Assembly (NCBI RefSeq): GCF_006345805.1
Contig: NC_043013.1
Coordinates: forward strand, 54,002,001 to 54,066,000
Reading direction: 5' to 3'
Length of the DNA: 64,000 nucleotides
DNA from: Octopus sinensis
Lineage: Eukaryota
Positions 12,756-28,016 of the stretch are shown here, one piece after another (positions within the stretch are counted from its first letter, which is position 1; each line of letters opens with the position of its first letter). A program made the position numbers and the translations under genes. Below the pieces are notes generated by a model. It did no database searches. It was given only the letters and a program-made list of their open reading frames with translations, and was not told where the DNA came from.

Positions 12756-15700
12756 TCATGCTCACCAGTATGTGTATGTGAAGGCATGTGATCTGGTAGC
12801 ATATACTTCCATTATCTGTGTATATTTGTGATCACATGTATGTGTGTCTGTGCTTTTATAATCATACATATTTTCATGTTTCTAGCCAGTGTCTTGAGTT
12901 TAATCATTCATCTGTCTGTACACAAATGTGAATAAGCAAGCTACTTGCCATGTCATTAATTTAGCCAGCAAAAAAACATTTCTTTACTTTAAACAGATAA
13001 TATATCTTGCCTTCTAACTCTCATTTTCATTCCATCTTCAACTGTCCTGAGTTGTACCTAAAGTCTATTAGAAAAAAAATTGCTATGAAACAGATTTCTT
13101 TTGCTTAATTATATTAATTCCATTGGTAGAATATTTGGTATGCAACACTATATTTAAATATATACTATGACATATTTAACTGTGCTTTGTACCATGTCTT
13201 ACCATTTCTGAAATTTATTGCCATTTCTTAAATCCGTTTCGCAGGCAGCTTGGCACAAACTACATCGCAAAGAAAGAAGAAAAGGATCTGTTGATATTTT
13301 TCTTTCAACATTTGTATGAGGTTTACTTCTATGTAACAATGTAGTGGTGTTTGATGTTTTGCACTTTTATCTGGTTACAGGAGTCAAACCGCATTCTGTA
13401 CAAATAGTTGAAAGCTTTTGAGAGGATTCTCACCTCAAACAGCCCTCCATAATTGTTCTGATCCAGCACTGAATTTCGGTAATTTGAACCATGCCAAGCT
13501 TCCCAGTGTCAGCTCTTATGCATGAACCGAGCAGAAGTTGACAAAGTTCAAGCACAGAACACATAGTGATACCAGTGTGCTCCCCCCCACCTTATTTTGT
13601 ATCAGCATTTTGTATTAGGACCCTGTTCAAACATACACTTTTTGTGCCTTATTTCCCTTCGGTCCCTCAAGAGTAATTTCCCTCGTCTGCATCTCAGAAT
13701 AGGAGTTGTAAGCTTTGTTGACCCTGCTTGATTTCCTTTTCAATTGTATTCCAGTATAGCAGCCTGATAAACTAAGTGATTTTTCATACAAGAAAAGTGC
13801 AAAGAGGCCATTAAGATTGATTTCAATTGACCAAGATAAAGAAATGCTCTACTTTAGCATTTTTAGTACTTGTTCTTTCATTTATTATTGAATTTATATA
13901 AAGTTTTCCACTCATTTAAGCACCATAAGCACACAGGAGTCAATACATGGAACACCAGATAAACATGCAATTGAACATTCACCAACAAAAAGCTCTGCAG
14001 CACACAAGTTATGGAGAAAACATTAAGAAGGATAAAGTGGAAGCTCTTTTTCTTCAATAAGGATATCACCAATGTAGCTACAGACAGGGAGTTTGGTTTT
14101 GAGACAAATAAAATCCCTCAGTACCTTAAAGGCATGAAAATTTTAAGGTGGAGACTTGCCTATTAAAAATGTGAAATTTCAGTCTTACAAATAGATTCCA
14201 AAAGGATTAGAAACAATATCTAAAGCCATTTGAAGATTCTAGGAATTTATTCAAGTCATGTATATACTTAGTAGGAATCTGAATAGATCAAATTACTTTT
14301 CCCTATAAAATACAAAACTGGAACATATGGTAAGTGACTAGGCAAAGGAGTTAGCAATCCATTGCAAACGATGTTTATATTAAACACCTCAACCAATGCA
14401 ATACCTTTACAACTGAAGTAAAAGTGGGTTGTAGAGAGTCGATGGACTAACAACTGTACATGAAGAACAGACAAGGCACACACACAAACTTTGGAAAATT
14501 ACAATGAATAGGAAATCAAGAATAAAAGAATTATCTAGATTTAACTTTGAACAGTAATATGAGCTAAGATTATCCATATCATAAACCATATGAAGACACA
14601 AACTATATAAAATGTTAATCATTCATTGGGGATAATTATATTATTAGCAGCATCAAGAAGGATAACTCAATCAATCTTCAGGCAAGAACACTTTCGATAT
14701 GGTTATTTTTAAGATGTGGCTTCTGTGATGGGATAGATTAAATGCAGTCCCTCATATTTTAATATAATAATTGTTATAACAGTAGAATATCATGAACCAA
14801 GCCAACATATAGTATGTTTGAGCTTAAAAACATAATTAGTTGCTCCCTGACCTTACTATGTCCTCTGGCTATCCCAAAATCATGAAGAAAAGTTCTGTGA
14901 AAATGCATTACAGCTAAATGACAATCGACCCAACTCCTCCATGTGCCAACGTAATCCTCTTTCCTCCATCATAATTATCATCATCTCTTTAGCCACTAGC
15001 GCTATCACCATCACCATCCTTCTCATGCCATTTTGGTTCCCTCACCATCACAGCACCCTCAGTATTTTCTGCCACCATTAAACATAATGATACCAACTCT
15101 ATGTTCATGCTATTTCACATCTCAACATCACCATCATCAACTGTCACCACCACCACAACCTTCGACACCATCATTAGACATGCCTTAATTAAGACCATAT
15201 TGTCTTTCAGTATGTCCAAGACTATGCTATCTAATGTGTTTTTTCCTTATTTCTAAAGATAGTGGTCAGTAACTTGAGGCAGATTTGGGTACTATTTCTA
15301 TCAGCTTATAGAAACTTGATTGTCCCCACATTAAAGTTTGGGTTTCATTTTATTGCTGGTATTCTGTTCCATTGATATAAATGCTTCATGTTCAAACTGC
15401 TTTTGTCATCATGATAAACATTTTTAATTCAAAAATATTGTTTGAATAAATTTTATTTCTATTAAATAAAATTGTTTGAAAGAGAACTATTACTGAATAG
15501 GGTAGTTAGGATAGTTGTCATTTTAAAATATTGACTATATGGTATTAAATTTTAAACACACTTAAGTGGTTATTTTTTATTTATCAGATTTTCATGTCTG
15601 TTGCTTCCTAAGATAAGTGAATCTTTGAGTAGGGTAATATTTAAGGAAGAATGGAAACTGGCAGAGAATTAAGGAAATGAGAATAAAACTGAGTGTCAAA

Positions 15701-16119
15701 TATACACATTTTCGTTATTGTGATGAAAAACATGAAGCGATTTATTCTCATTGTAAACTTACAATTCTGACATCAATTTCAGACATACTAAGAATTGAAG
15801 GGAAGCTCTACATTTAAAGGATAAAAGCCAATTGAATGAAAATTAAATAGTGAGGACATCTGATAAAGTATGTTTAACATTTTGAAATAATCTAATAAAT
15901 TTCATTTATATATATGGTAAGGGTAAAAGAGGTGTGTGCGTGTGAATATTTGTCTCCTTTTCACTGACCTTTCATCTTTTATACTCCTTTTATACTTTTG
16001 TCCTCTGATGAAGGACTAATGTGCAAAATATTAAGACACTCTGTCTATTAAAGCTTTAAGCTATTACTGTATTTGTGAACTTGTGGAACCTTCTCCTTTT
16101 TACATTGTCTCTTTTTACT

Positions 16120-16652
16120 CCTCATGATATATCGTTTCACTCATTTGACTATGACCATGCTGGGGCATCACCTTGAAGCGTTTTTAGTTGAATGAATTCT
16201 CCCCCAGGACATATATTTTTAAGCCTGATACTTATTCTTTCAGTCACTTTTGCCAAACAGCTAAGTTACAGCGATGTAAACTCACCAACACCAGTTGTCA
16301 AGCAGTAGTGGGGGACAAACAAAGACACACATTGATGGGCTTCTTTCCGTTTCCCTCTACCAACTCCACTCAGAAGTCTTTAGTCAACCTGAGGCTATAG
16401 TACAAGACACTTGGCCATGGTGCCACACCCAATATTTTCTTCTTTATTCTTGCTGTTTATTCCTTTACTCAATTCAGTCATTTGACTGTGGCCATGCTGG
16501 AACACCACCTTTAGTCGAGCAAATCAACCCCGGGACTTATTCTTTGCAAGCCCAGTACTTATTCTATCGGTCTCTTTCACCAAACCATTAAGTTACGGGG
16601 ACGTAAACACACCAGCATTGGTTGTCAAGCAATGTTGCGGGGACAAACACAG

Positions 16653-16713
<61 letters not shown>

Positions 16714-16872
16714 TACGACAGGCTTCTTTAGTTTCCATCTACCAAATCCACTCACAAGGCTTAGGTCAGCCTGAGGCTATAGTAGAAGACACTTGCCCAA
16801 GGTACCACACAGTGGGACTGAACCCAGAACCATGTGGTTGGAAAACAAGCTACTTACCACATAGCCACTCCT
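16120..16872 (-). mobile_element. Two adjacent family-A SINE copies
   Basis: Reverse complement of family-A head, core and tail. Further partial copies lie at about 1040-1203, 4466-4627, 23315-23373 and 30310-30972. Confidence 0.8.
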
Positions 16873-19800
16873 ATTCAAAACTATTGCTATTGAAGTATCA
16901 CTGTTACTTTAGGAAGTAATATATTCATAATGCAGCATGTTTATAGCTGGTATCGGGTTCAGTTATCCTCATCAGCCAACACACACTTTCCATTCTGGCG
17001 TGGGCTACAATATTTTACATCCCATACATATTTAATTTGTATTAAATTTCATATTGAATGTAGCAGAACTGATCTCTAATCTTGGCACATGGTTACAGCT
17101 TCTGAAACAGGGTACAGATGATTAATCCTAGAAGCTTATTTTAATGCCCCTCCCCCCAACTTCCTATCAGGATGCAAAGCAAATTGACTTTGATGGAATT
17201 TGGATTCAGAATGTAAAGTGTTATCCCTAAATACCACAAGGCATTTTGTGTGATGTTTTATTATTCCTGCTTACATTATGCATACATGTTTCTTATTAGT
17301 CAGTAAATATAGGCTGGAAACCCATTTGTGAAACCCCATGAGTATTATTATATCTACAGAGGTTAGTTACTTGAGAAGGCATTCTAATGTATTCTAAATT
17401 TGAATTTAAGAGAATTTCACTCTGCTGCCATTTTGTTCTCTTTTTGTTTATGGTTGGCAACTTAGAATTTTCATGGATTGCATCTTGAAATTTTAAATAT
17501 AAATTTCCCAAATTTACTTATTGTTTTCACAAAAAAGTTCATTCTAAATACTGTTTTTATTTTTATACAGAAATTAGATTATATGCAAGATTTCATATTT
17601 CATATATCTATAGGTTTTATATCTATGCATTTACTCATAAAGTTATCTTAGACCATTTCATTCTAAGAAAATAAAGAAACAGAACCCAAGAGCCAAGCAA
17701 AAGCAACAAAATTTTATTTTTTAAATTAAGGAAAAAAGAGAAAGGCCCAAACAAAGCTTCCTAAAAGCAGAAAAACCTATGGAATACATAAAATATCATA
17801 AAGCTTCCAATATAAGATTGCTTTTTTTTTTCATATGCATGCTGTAAAATTTTTTTTTGTCTAATAAAAGCTCTTATTATCTGATTGGTGAGTTTCGTGT
17901 AAACAAAGTTATTTAACAAGTGTTTTTCAAATTTCAAATTAGTAACATATAATACTGTAATCAAAATATAACCCCCACCTTCTTTAATTTCAAAAAGGGA
18001 GGAATTGCAAATAGTTTGAAAATATTTTAAATGGCTATACATGTGAAGTTAATATCAATAATGAGGCAAATATGTGAACTGTCAAATGTTAGGTTAATAT
18101 CGATGAGGAAAATGTAATTGAAAATTCAAGAAACTAAATTCTTATTTAGCCATCCCATCTGTACCCACCACTGCTATTTCTATTTTCACCCTAACTACAT
18201 TTGCTTTTCCTAAGAAGAGTTGAACAATTCTACCAATAAAATCATACAATTTATTGTTATGTGACATTGCAGAACACAAGCTCTCATACATGTAAACCAA
18301 TTTTAAGTTATGAAATAATTGTGAATAAAAAAAAATTATTTCATAAATAATGTAATAACTTTATTTATTCTAATGGAAATATAATAAAATCTTTTATCCA
18401 CTTATATCTGAACTGATTTCTTGAAAGTTAAATGCTAATAGATCGGGGAGTCAGTGATACATTTATTGGATACTAATCAGAAAATTTGGAATATATAAAT
18501 AATTTTGAATTTTAAGCAGCATTATTTACAAGTGTATACTTTTTTTTACTATGTACATTTAAAAGGAGAAAAATATGAAGCAAAATTAACACATGAAAAT
18601 TAGGCCTTTTTCAATTTGTTAAAAGCTTCAAATTATTGAGATATGTAACATGAAATAGTGTATATAATCAAGTAGCAGTCATAGCTATAAAGGTATCTTT
18701 TTTATCTTTTAAAATTATAAATTTTTCATTTCTAAATCACCTAATTTTCTTTATTCTGATAATGCTAATTATTGAAGAAAATCTAAATGGTTATGTCTAA
18801 ACTGTGCTTCAAGTCAACTGGATATGTTCAACACTTAATTGTAAAATATTGCATTTTAACAATATATGTATCAAACTGGCTTTTATCATTTTATTCCCAT
18901 TATGAGAATTAGTCTTCTTTACATTTCTTTGAAGTATTAATTGTAGGAAGAGTCACAGATGAAAAGAAATGGTTCTTTTTGGGAATGTAATATATATTTT
19001 GTAGTTCATTTGTAAAAGGATTGACAGAAAATAGAACTGTCAATCACAAGTTTGTGGGTAAGATGTGTAACTTGGATAGGAAGAAAGAACTTCTGTTGGG
19101 GTTCACAGAGATTCACAGATGGAGAGTGAGATAAGAACTGGAATTAATACATTGCAGTCGTTAGAAACTGGCTTTTGTTTTAATTAATTTTGAAAATAAT
19201 GAAGTTTAATCAAGATAACTTTGTCATTATTAAGCTAAGGTTTTGAATGTAAATTAATCTGGAATTTTCGTGGAAGTGTTTAACTTGGATCACTTTACAA
19301 AAGAATTTCTATCATAAAATGAGGGGCAGTTTCAGGCAGGTTGATATGAAAAGGGTTAAACTATTTGTTCAAATTAAACCACTTGATCCAAATCCATTAG
19401 CAAGTTGTTATCTAAGGTAAATTTTGTCACACAGTTATAGACATCTGTTATACATTTAGAGCAGTTATGAAGATTATTGGTGCCTCAGCCCAACAGAATA
19501 TTTTATGAAGTCACACATACTTTATGTACAATGCCTAGTTGGGAAATTTTATTAGTTTATTGAATTAGAGATGCTGTATTTTTATGTAAATGAAACTTTT
19601 CATAATGAAAAATTTGTTTTGATTTGTAAATCAGTTTTAACAGTTTTAACAGTGTGTAGAGAAGGAATGATTATGTGAGCTGTTCAAAACTGTATGGAGT
19701 AATAATACTAGGGCCATATTTGTTCATGGAAGCTGTTCAGAACTATATCATGTATAAAAATTAGGATCAGAACTGATTAGCTCAGTGGGGTATTTAATGC

Positions 19801-20933
19801 TTTATTATTTAATCACTAAAAAAAGTCTATTCTCAGTTTTCTTCTCTTTGCTGCAAGTTTTGAGACAACTGCACAGCAAGAGAAGCTGTTGTTATTAAGG
19901 AAGCTTACGGTTGAGTATCTCTGAAGAAGCTAAAGAAGTCAAGGGTTGTTCAGAAGAATTAACATGATCATATCTAAAACTAAATCAGATTTCAAAAGTT
20001 CAACAACATTTGGAAATTGGTTTTGATTGATATTGGCAGGAACTTGATATTGCATTGTCAGTGTGAAGGGGAAAAAAATCCATGTATCATGAAACTTTGG
20101 TGAGAGATCAAGGAACATGAACAGATTCACTGGAATTGCTAGTAAAAGGATTAGATATAAACTGCAGACAAGGGATTATTATGGTCTGTTAGTGATGACG
20201 TATTTAGAGAAAGTAGACCTACTGGCAGTATAGCTGTTAGAGTTTTAAATAATGAAAATGGTTTCAAGAACTGCTTTCTTCATTAGCAGCTGGTTTGATG
20301 TCAGTGAATTCAAGGGATCTACATTCAGAGGACTAAATAGGAAAAACAAAACTGATTGTAGTTTGACAATATAAATATAATAGGAAGATTGGGGGAAAGA
20401 AAATTTAGACAGTGATTAAAAATAATCTTAGACATTTGCTAATAAAAATTGGTGAAAAAGTTCTTCAAATTAATTGGTATTGCTGCATTGGAATGTAAAT
20501 AGAGATTTTTATTATGATAAGAGTAGAAACATAGACTTTGGAATCGAAATAATTAGGTTTGTGGAACAAGATGGAAATTTATGGAAAAATAGTGTTCTGA
20601 CCTCTCATCTAACCTTTCCTATAGTGAAACATATTAAAACCATGGTGATGATGATAGAGATGATAAAACTAATTAAGAATTTATGTAAATTTCTAAAAAA
20701 TATTAAATGAGGCGAAATTCAGGTTTCTTACATTTAAAATTTTAACAATAATAGCCTTAACTGTAAATACAATGCAACTTCAACAATTTACTTTATTTGA
20801 GAGAATAAGATACTTGTTCCTATTTATAGATAAAATTATGATTAATATCAAGATTTTTGATGCTTGAAAATAATGATAAAAAATTGTAGTTTAGTCTCAC
20901 ACTTTCAGAAGTTTGTGTATGTATATATATCTA

Positions 20934-20976
<43 letters not shown>

Positions 20977-20981
20977 ATATA

Positions 20982-21034
<53 letters not shown>

Positions 21035-21035
21035 A

Positions 21036-21079
<44 letters not shown>

Positions 21080-23083
21080 TATATATATTTTGCAAGATGT
21101 AAAATCGTTTTAAGTTAATATTGATAAGATAGTTTGACTTTTGCGTTGTTGGTGTACATATATTTTTCTTGCGGATAACAATTTTTTTTTTATCAGGTAT
21201 CAGAATAAGGGAATACTTCTGGCAAAATCAATTCTTATTAACTGATGTTAAATAAACTAAATAACTGTTAGTTTGCTGCTGCTAGATTATCCTCCACTAT
21301 GTTGTATCATGATGCACACTTTGCGCAGATATTAACTACTACTTGAAATCACAGGTAATAATAGGTCTTGCAGATAATCATTTAAGGTATTAATGGAATT
21401 CTGTTGCTGAAATCAATATACATATCATTTAGAATAAACCATTGTGACTGAAATCACAACTGGCTGGAACTGTTACTCAATTGCTTTATTCTTAATATAA
21501 GCATAAAGCTACTGGTTTTGAGAAAGGGTATGCTTAATCTAATTGAATCTAGTATTTGACTGGTGATTGATTTACGAATCCCAGTGAGTGCAAAGTAAAG
21601 TTAGCTCCTCTGAGATTTGAAACCAGAATGTAAAGGAACAAAACTATACTTTAGGCACAAGGCCTGAAATTTTGGGGGAGAGGGCCAGTCGATTATATCG
21701 ATCCTAGTGCGTAACTGGTACTTAATTTATTGATCCCAAAAGGATGAAAGGCAAAGTCGACCTTGGTGGAATTTGAACTCAGAACAGATGAAATATTGCT
21801 AGGCATTTTGCCTGGCATGCTAACGATTCTGCCAGCTCACTGCCTTAGTAACAAAACTATATTGTGAAAGCTATTTCTTCCTGATATACATTTCCCTCTA
21901 TTTGGAATCAAAACATTTATCTATTGATTTCCATGGCTTGCATGTACTTGCATTGTTTGTTTGTTTTTAATTTGAATCAAAATTTATGGTAGTTGTAATG
22001 ATTAAATATTTATAGTATGCTAACATATACTGGGAGAATTATAATTTATAATCAATTTCTAAATACTGGTATTGATTGATGATTTTATGTCAGTCTGACC
22101 ACAACTAAAAACGTAAAGATCAGAGTCAATCTGTAAATATTTCTTCCTACAAAAGTATTTCATGTACTACTACCTCAACAGATCTCTACTTACATAATGT
22201 AATAATGTTTTACAGTTGATTGTGCGAGACAACTGAGTTAATTAACCCAATTTCATATTAGAAATCTTCCTTAATTAATGCTTACTTCCACTACTAATTA
22301 GCTTGTATGTACAATAAATAGATGCATATTTACTTTTGTGAAATAAATCAAAAGGATAGCACTACTCATATAATTGGATAATTTTTCCCCTGTTTTGTTA
22401 TCCATTTAATATTTCAAAATGTGAACTTTGTTAATGTTATTGATATTATTACTCCTATTATTGCTGTTGTTATTATTGATCTGATATATAAAAATTATAA
22501 ATATTGTGGAAAAATCTGTCATAACGAACATTTTTCAATGTAGATTATATCAATCAAAGAACTTTGTTTCATAAATGTATATCAAGATAAAATATAAAGT
22601 TAATGAATATTTCCTATAATAAGCTAATTAATTTATGGGGAAGCATTATAATGAGAATTACTAATTACAATACAGAAAAACACTTGTTTAAGTTGATCTC
22701 AAAAGGTAAAAAAGCATAAAATGATTTCTTATGGTTATAAAAATAATTTGACAAAAATTTCTTAGCTCAAATGATTATTATATCAAACTTTAGATTATTC
22801 TTATACCTGATCAGCACCTCACTTCAATAATCTAAATGGTTTAAAGGAAAAAAATGCAAAACTTGAAGTAAATCTTTCAAGTTACCTTTGTAGAAACAAT
22901 TTTAATTTTGTATTTTGTTATCTAAATGTTTTCTTCATGAGAGATTGACAATAAAATTATAAAAGCAAAGTGTGTGTGTGTGTTTGTGTGCGACTATGCA
23001 AAAATACTGACTGAAGTGAGTGTGACAGATAAAATTTGTAGAGTAAATGTGGATGAGAATGCATAATAAAAGTTGTAAATATG

Positions 23084-23246
23084 TTAAGCTGTACATACAT
23101 TTTCATTGTTTTCTTGCTGAGCCTCAACAAATGCCTGGACATGATTGCATTGAACTGCTTGTTCATCAATTGAAAGATGTTGTGAAGTTGTATCCTGACC
23201 ATGCGATCGGCTGTCTCTGTCACGTGGGCCTTTTCGAAATAATCCA
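23084..23246 (-). CDS. THSD7: THSD7-like terminal coding exon (cytoplasmic tail, TAA stop)
   Basis: Long poly-T tract then ctcatctcag|T completes Cys (TG|T). Translates GLFRKGPRDRDSRSHGQDTTSQHLSIDEQAVQCNHVQAFVEAQQENNENVCTA*, with basic residues directly after the TM helix. Confidence 0.82.
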
Positions 23247-24184
23247 CTGAGATGAGAAAAAAAAAAAAGATTGTTACAAAGAAAGTGAAAAGAAACATAT
23301 AAAAGTAATACTCAGTGGTGGTGCCCCAGCATGGCCGCGGCCTTCGGGCTAAAACATTTTTAAGGATTTAAGGAAACATTCATTATGGTATTTGATCTTA
23401 CACTTTGGCATTTAATCTGCTCATTTCAGGCCCAGATATTCTACCTGTTTTATGTTAAAAGTGATCAGATTCAACCTCTCACACCTACTCTACAATGTCA
23501 TTGTAAAGATATATAAATACACCATTGAAATCTTGAAGCTACAAGATAAGGTATGATTAATTCAAAACAATGTGAATAAATAAACAATACATTTGACAAA
23601 GCAATCTAAAGGGTCAATAGTTTAGAATTATTCCACAATCATTTTACAAATTTCTGTTACACCAAGGAAATGGCAATGTATTTCTGTAGTATTTGTGCTA
23701 AACTGAAGGTTGGAATAAGTTTATTTTCATTTTACTATCATGACTAAAGATGCCTATTGAGTTATGAAAGCCTTGTGTTCCCCAAAATCTTCATGGGGAG
23801 TTTCACAACACAAATTCCATTTCGTTCATTGGTTTGTCAATGAAGAGAGAATCAAGGGAAACTGTTTTGCATTATGAAAACCCTATTTCATAGTAAAATA
23901 GTCAAAAGTGCAACACTTCTGTAAGCATGTAGGATGGCTGTACAATGAAGTATGATACCTCTACATGGCTTTATTTGCAATTGCATATTCTACCAGCTTC
24001 TCTGTTCCTCTCTAGTCTTGTTGCCATTCTAAGTTTTACTCAAAACTTTAAATGCAGTCTTCCACATTAAAGCACTCCTTGTTTTATTTCTATATATTTC
24101 TACTACTGATCCTACTTCACCTTTCTGATTTAAGGGACAAAACCTTATCCAGTAACCTTTCTGCTATACAATGGCTGTAGAAGT

Positions 24185-24216
<32 letters not shown>

Positions 24217-24443
24217 TAATAATAGAAGGGTAAAATTTATTAATTAATTAGTCAATTAATTAATTATTTTACCAAGTAGATTGGTACGTTAAACTAACCT
24301 TTATAGGTAAAATTATCCACATAATTATAATTAGGGTTCAGCTAACTGCTTCACCACATACCGAAATTAGAAAAAGGAGTTAAAAATTCATGACGGTAAA
24401 CATACTTTTTTACGAAGGCAAAGAGAAAAACAATGAATCAACA

Positions 24444-24495
<52 letters not shown>

Positions 24496-25768
24496 GATAT
24501 AGAATATTGATTTCTAACTTAGGCTGCAAATTTAAGAGGAGCACTTGGTTGATTAAAACGATGCCAGTAGTATTTATTTGTTGCTTAACTGTATTGACCA
24601 CTGAGAAGATGAAAGGTAGAACTGACTGCAGTAAGGTTTGCAATCAGAATAAGAAGTGTAACTAAATACTGCCTGGCATTTGTTTGGCACTGAAGTTATT
24701 TTACAAACCTACCTGCACTTGCTATAATATAAAATATTAATTTGTCCATTGCAATAACATAAATTCTGTTGTGTCTGGGGAGAGTCATTTTCTTTTTGTG
24801 CCTTATAATGTAACACACTCACCGGTAAAATTTCCACTTATTTCCTATTTTTATTTTCCTAAAATTCAATAGAAATAGAAAATGAAATTTTACTTTTAGA
24901 TTGATTTGCCTTTGGAATCCACACCACTTTGTTTGCCTCAGATCTCTCCATGACAAACAGTTTCTAACTTTGCTCCATCATTCTGATTAGCAACAAGGTT
25001 AGATGAATTTTAAAACAATGATATTCAAAGACTCAGATTTTCAAAATTCATTTTGTAAAAATGGCTGTAATGCAAATTGAAAACAGAATTGTCACTATGA
25101 AACTATATAGCATAACCTTATTAATTGCCCCATTGTTAAGAAAACAAAGAAAACATCTGATAAACCGTTGGATATACTGTGAAGAATTAAGACTAAAATG
25201 CTATTCAACTAAATTGCTTTTAGTGTGTAACAGTGTTTAAATTAAACCTGACAGCTGAGAGTTGTTGGAGACAAATGACCATTTCACAACAGGATCACTT
25301 GTGTTTTCAAAATATTAATTTCAGTAACATTCAAAGAAATATTTGTTAGCTGATTTAGAAGTGGTTTGACTGTAGGAAAGATGTGTTAACAGTAGAGTTT
25401 GTCTATAAGTTTCTAAGTAGAAAGTGCTCAGCTTAAAAGCTGATGTAAACATAAAAGATAGATAGGTGGTAATAAATGACAAGGAATCAATTTTCATTCA
25501 GAATTATCAAAGAGCAGATGAAAATATGCTGTAAAATCTGGATATTTCACTGAATTAGTTTATGATGATTAGTTTAACAAATTTTATATACAAGAGTTTT
25601 CACAACAGAAATTTTCCATTTGTTATAAAGATATCATAGAACTGTGATAAAATAGTCAATGAAATACAAATTAAATAAATCTTTATAGAGACTTTAATGA
25701 TTTAACAACATCAAAAGACTGTAAAAATGCAAAAGGAATTCTACTTAAAATCTATGAAATGATGATAC

Positions 25769-25862
25769 CATATAGCATAGAAGAAGTATGTCAGTCCTGC
25801 AACAGCCAGAGTACCTCCACCAATCACTGCGTACATCCAAATTGACATGCTTCCTCTCTTGT
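25769..25862 (-). CDS. THSD7: THSD7-like transmembrane exon (phase 1-2)
   Basis: ttttctgtttcag|AC...ATA TG|gtatca. Translates YKRGSMSIWMYAVIGGGTLAVAGLTYFFYAI(C), a hydrophobic helix starting with WxY as in the THSD7 TM segment. Confidence 0.87.
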
Positions 25863-27127
25863 CTGAAACAGAAAAATTGCACTTTATTTTAATTTATGTC
25901 ATAAATATTCAAAAATTTCTAATTTTTCCATAAACAGGATAATGATTAAAAATATTTAAATTTTGAATTATCACACCTCTTTCTAACTCTATTTTACTTA
26001 CTCCCACCCACTCTTATTTAATTCAAAGGATCTTGTGGTTTCAACAAGAAATCTGTCCTGGCCCTTTTTTTTTTCCAACTTTAGTCTGTCATTGCTGAGC
26101 ATAAAACTGCCTCACTCCCAACTGTACTCCACTCTGTCGAGGGTGATCCCTGTGTTGCAAGCTACCAGGTGACCTCACTAATGCTGGTGCTATGAAAAAG
26201 CTCCCAATAAAAAGTGATTCAAGCAAACGTTGGCCTGTGATGAAATCCTCTAACTCATTACGCACTGTCAAACCATTCAACTCATGTTGGCATGGAAGAT
26301 GATGTTGATGATCATTTTGATAGTAGTTATTTCAAATGACTTGTCTCTGCAAATTTATTTAATAAAGTTTCTTTGACTGATTCTGTGTCCCATTTTTTCT
26401 AAATTTTCTTAACATTTGAATATATGTTGAGTTGTTGGAATAAAACTCAAAATATTATCGAAATTCTTGTCATTTTAATAATGATTCAGGAGAAAATCGT
26501 TTAGTCAACCAGTGATATTTGGATTTCGAACTATGATGTTAAAAAAAAAAAAAAATTTTAATGCCAAAATGTTCAAGATTCATCTCATCAACATGGTAAC
26601 AAGTTTAAAAAAAGATGTTAAAGAAAGTAAGAGAATTGTAATCATGAATTGATAGTTAAAAGAAAAACATATCTCAAATGTCAAATCATTGAAAAAATTG
26701 TCAATCAAAATGTTGGCATTTTTATCATCTTTGAAAATACTTGTAACATATTTATGCATGATGAGAGTAAATTAGATTTAAATATATATTCTTACTGTTA
26801 TCTATAGAAAGTATATAAAGTTTTATACACTCCATCATTACATAAAGCTGCTTGGATATTTGCATATAATAATAATAATATAATAATAATAATAATAATA
26901 ATAGTAATCTTTTCTGCTGTAGGCACAAGGCATAAAATCTTTGGGGAGTGGATAAGATGATCACACCAGCCCCAGTATTTGACTGAAACTTAATTTATCG
27001 ACCCTGAAAGTATGAAAGACAAAGTTGACCTTAGTGGAATTTGAACTCAGAATGTAGCGGCAGATGAAATGCTGCTAAGCAATTCACCCAGTGTGCTAAT
27101 GATTCTGCCAGCTCACTACATGAATAA

Positions 27128-27159
<32 letters not shown>

Positions 27160-28016
27160 ATATTCTTTGCCCTAGATGTTAGGAAGACACTTGGCAAGAA
27201 ATGGAAACAAAATTGAAGAAGAAACTCATAATAATAAAGATGGTTCCTAACTCAGTTGTAAAACTAACGAGTGGGGTTAATCAATTAGATTGATCCCCAG
27301 TACTTAACTGGTACTTTATTTTATTGACTCTGAGGATCAATGGCAATGTTGACCACAACAGGACTTGAAAATAGACCATGAAGAGCTAGAGTGAATACTA
27401 CCAAAGCACACCCTTCATCTTTCACCCCACCCTCTAGCAGTGTGGTCATTATAATTGAATAACATCTGCCCCTTGAAATTGTTGACATTGTGCTGACATC
27501 AAAAGTCATTACGTAAAGCTCAGCACAAATTGTTGATGGTCTTTGTACTGTCCCCCTCATCTATGCCCCTTGTGGCTAATAAAAGAAATTATTATTATTC
27601 TCTACTATTTAATATGGCAAGCTTGCAGAATTTTTAGTGAGCTAGGCAAAATGCTGAGCAGTATTTCTTGCACCTTCTTTTTCTAAGTTCAAATTCTGCT
27701 GAAGTCAATAGATTTTAATAATAGTTGAGTGCTTGGGGTTGATGTAATCAACTTACCCCATTACCCCCAAATTGCTGGCCCTGTGCCAATATTTGAAACT
27801 ATTATTATTATTCTATATGTTGTGAATATGCTACAAATATTGTCTGTTGAAGCTGAACTTAGATGAAAGGTAACCAACATTAATATGATTTGAGCATTAA
27901 TATCTGACCCTAAGTTATCAAACTCAACTCAAATTACAGGCTAATTAACACGAAAACTGATGCAAGTGAAAACAAAGGACAAACGAAGTAAGAATAAAAA
28001 TAGTTGTAATACTTAC

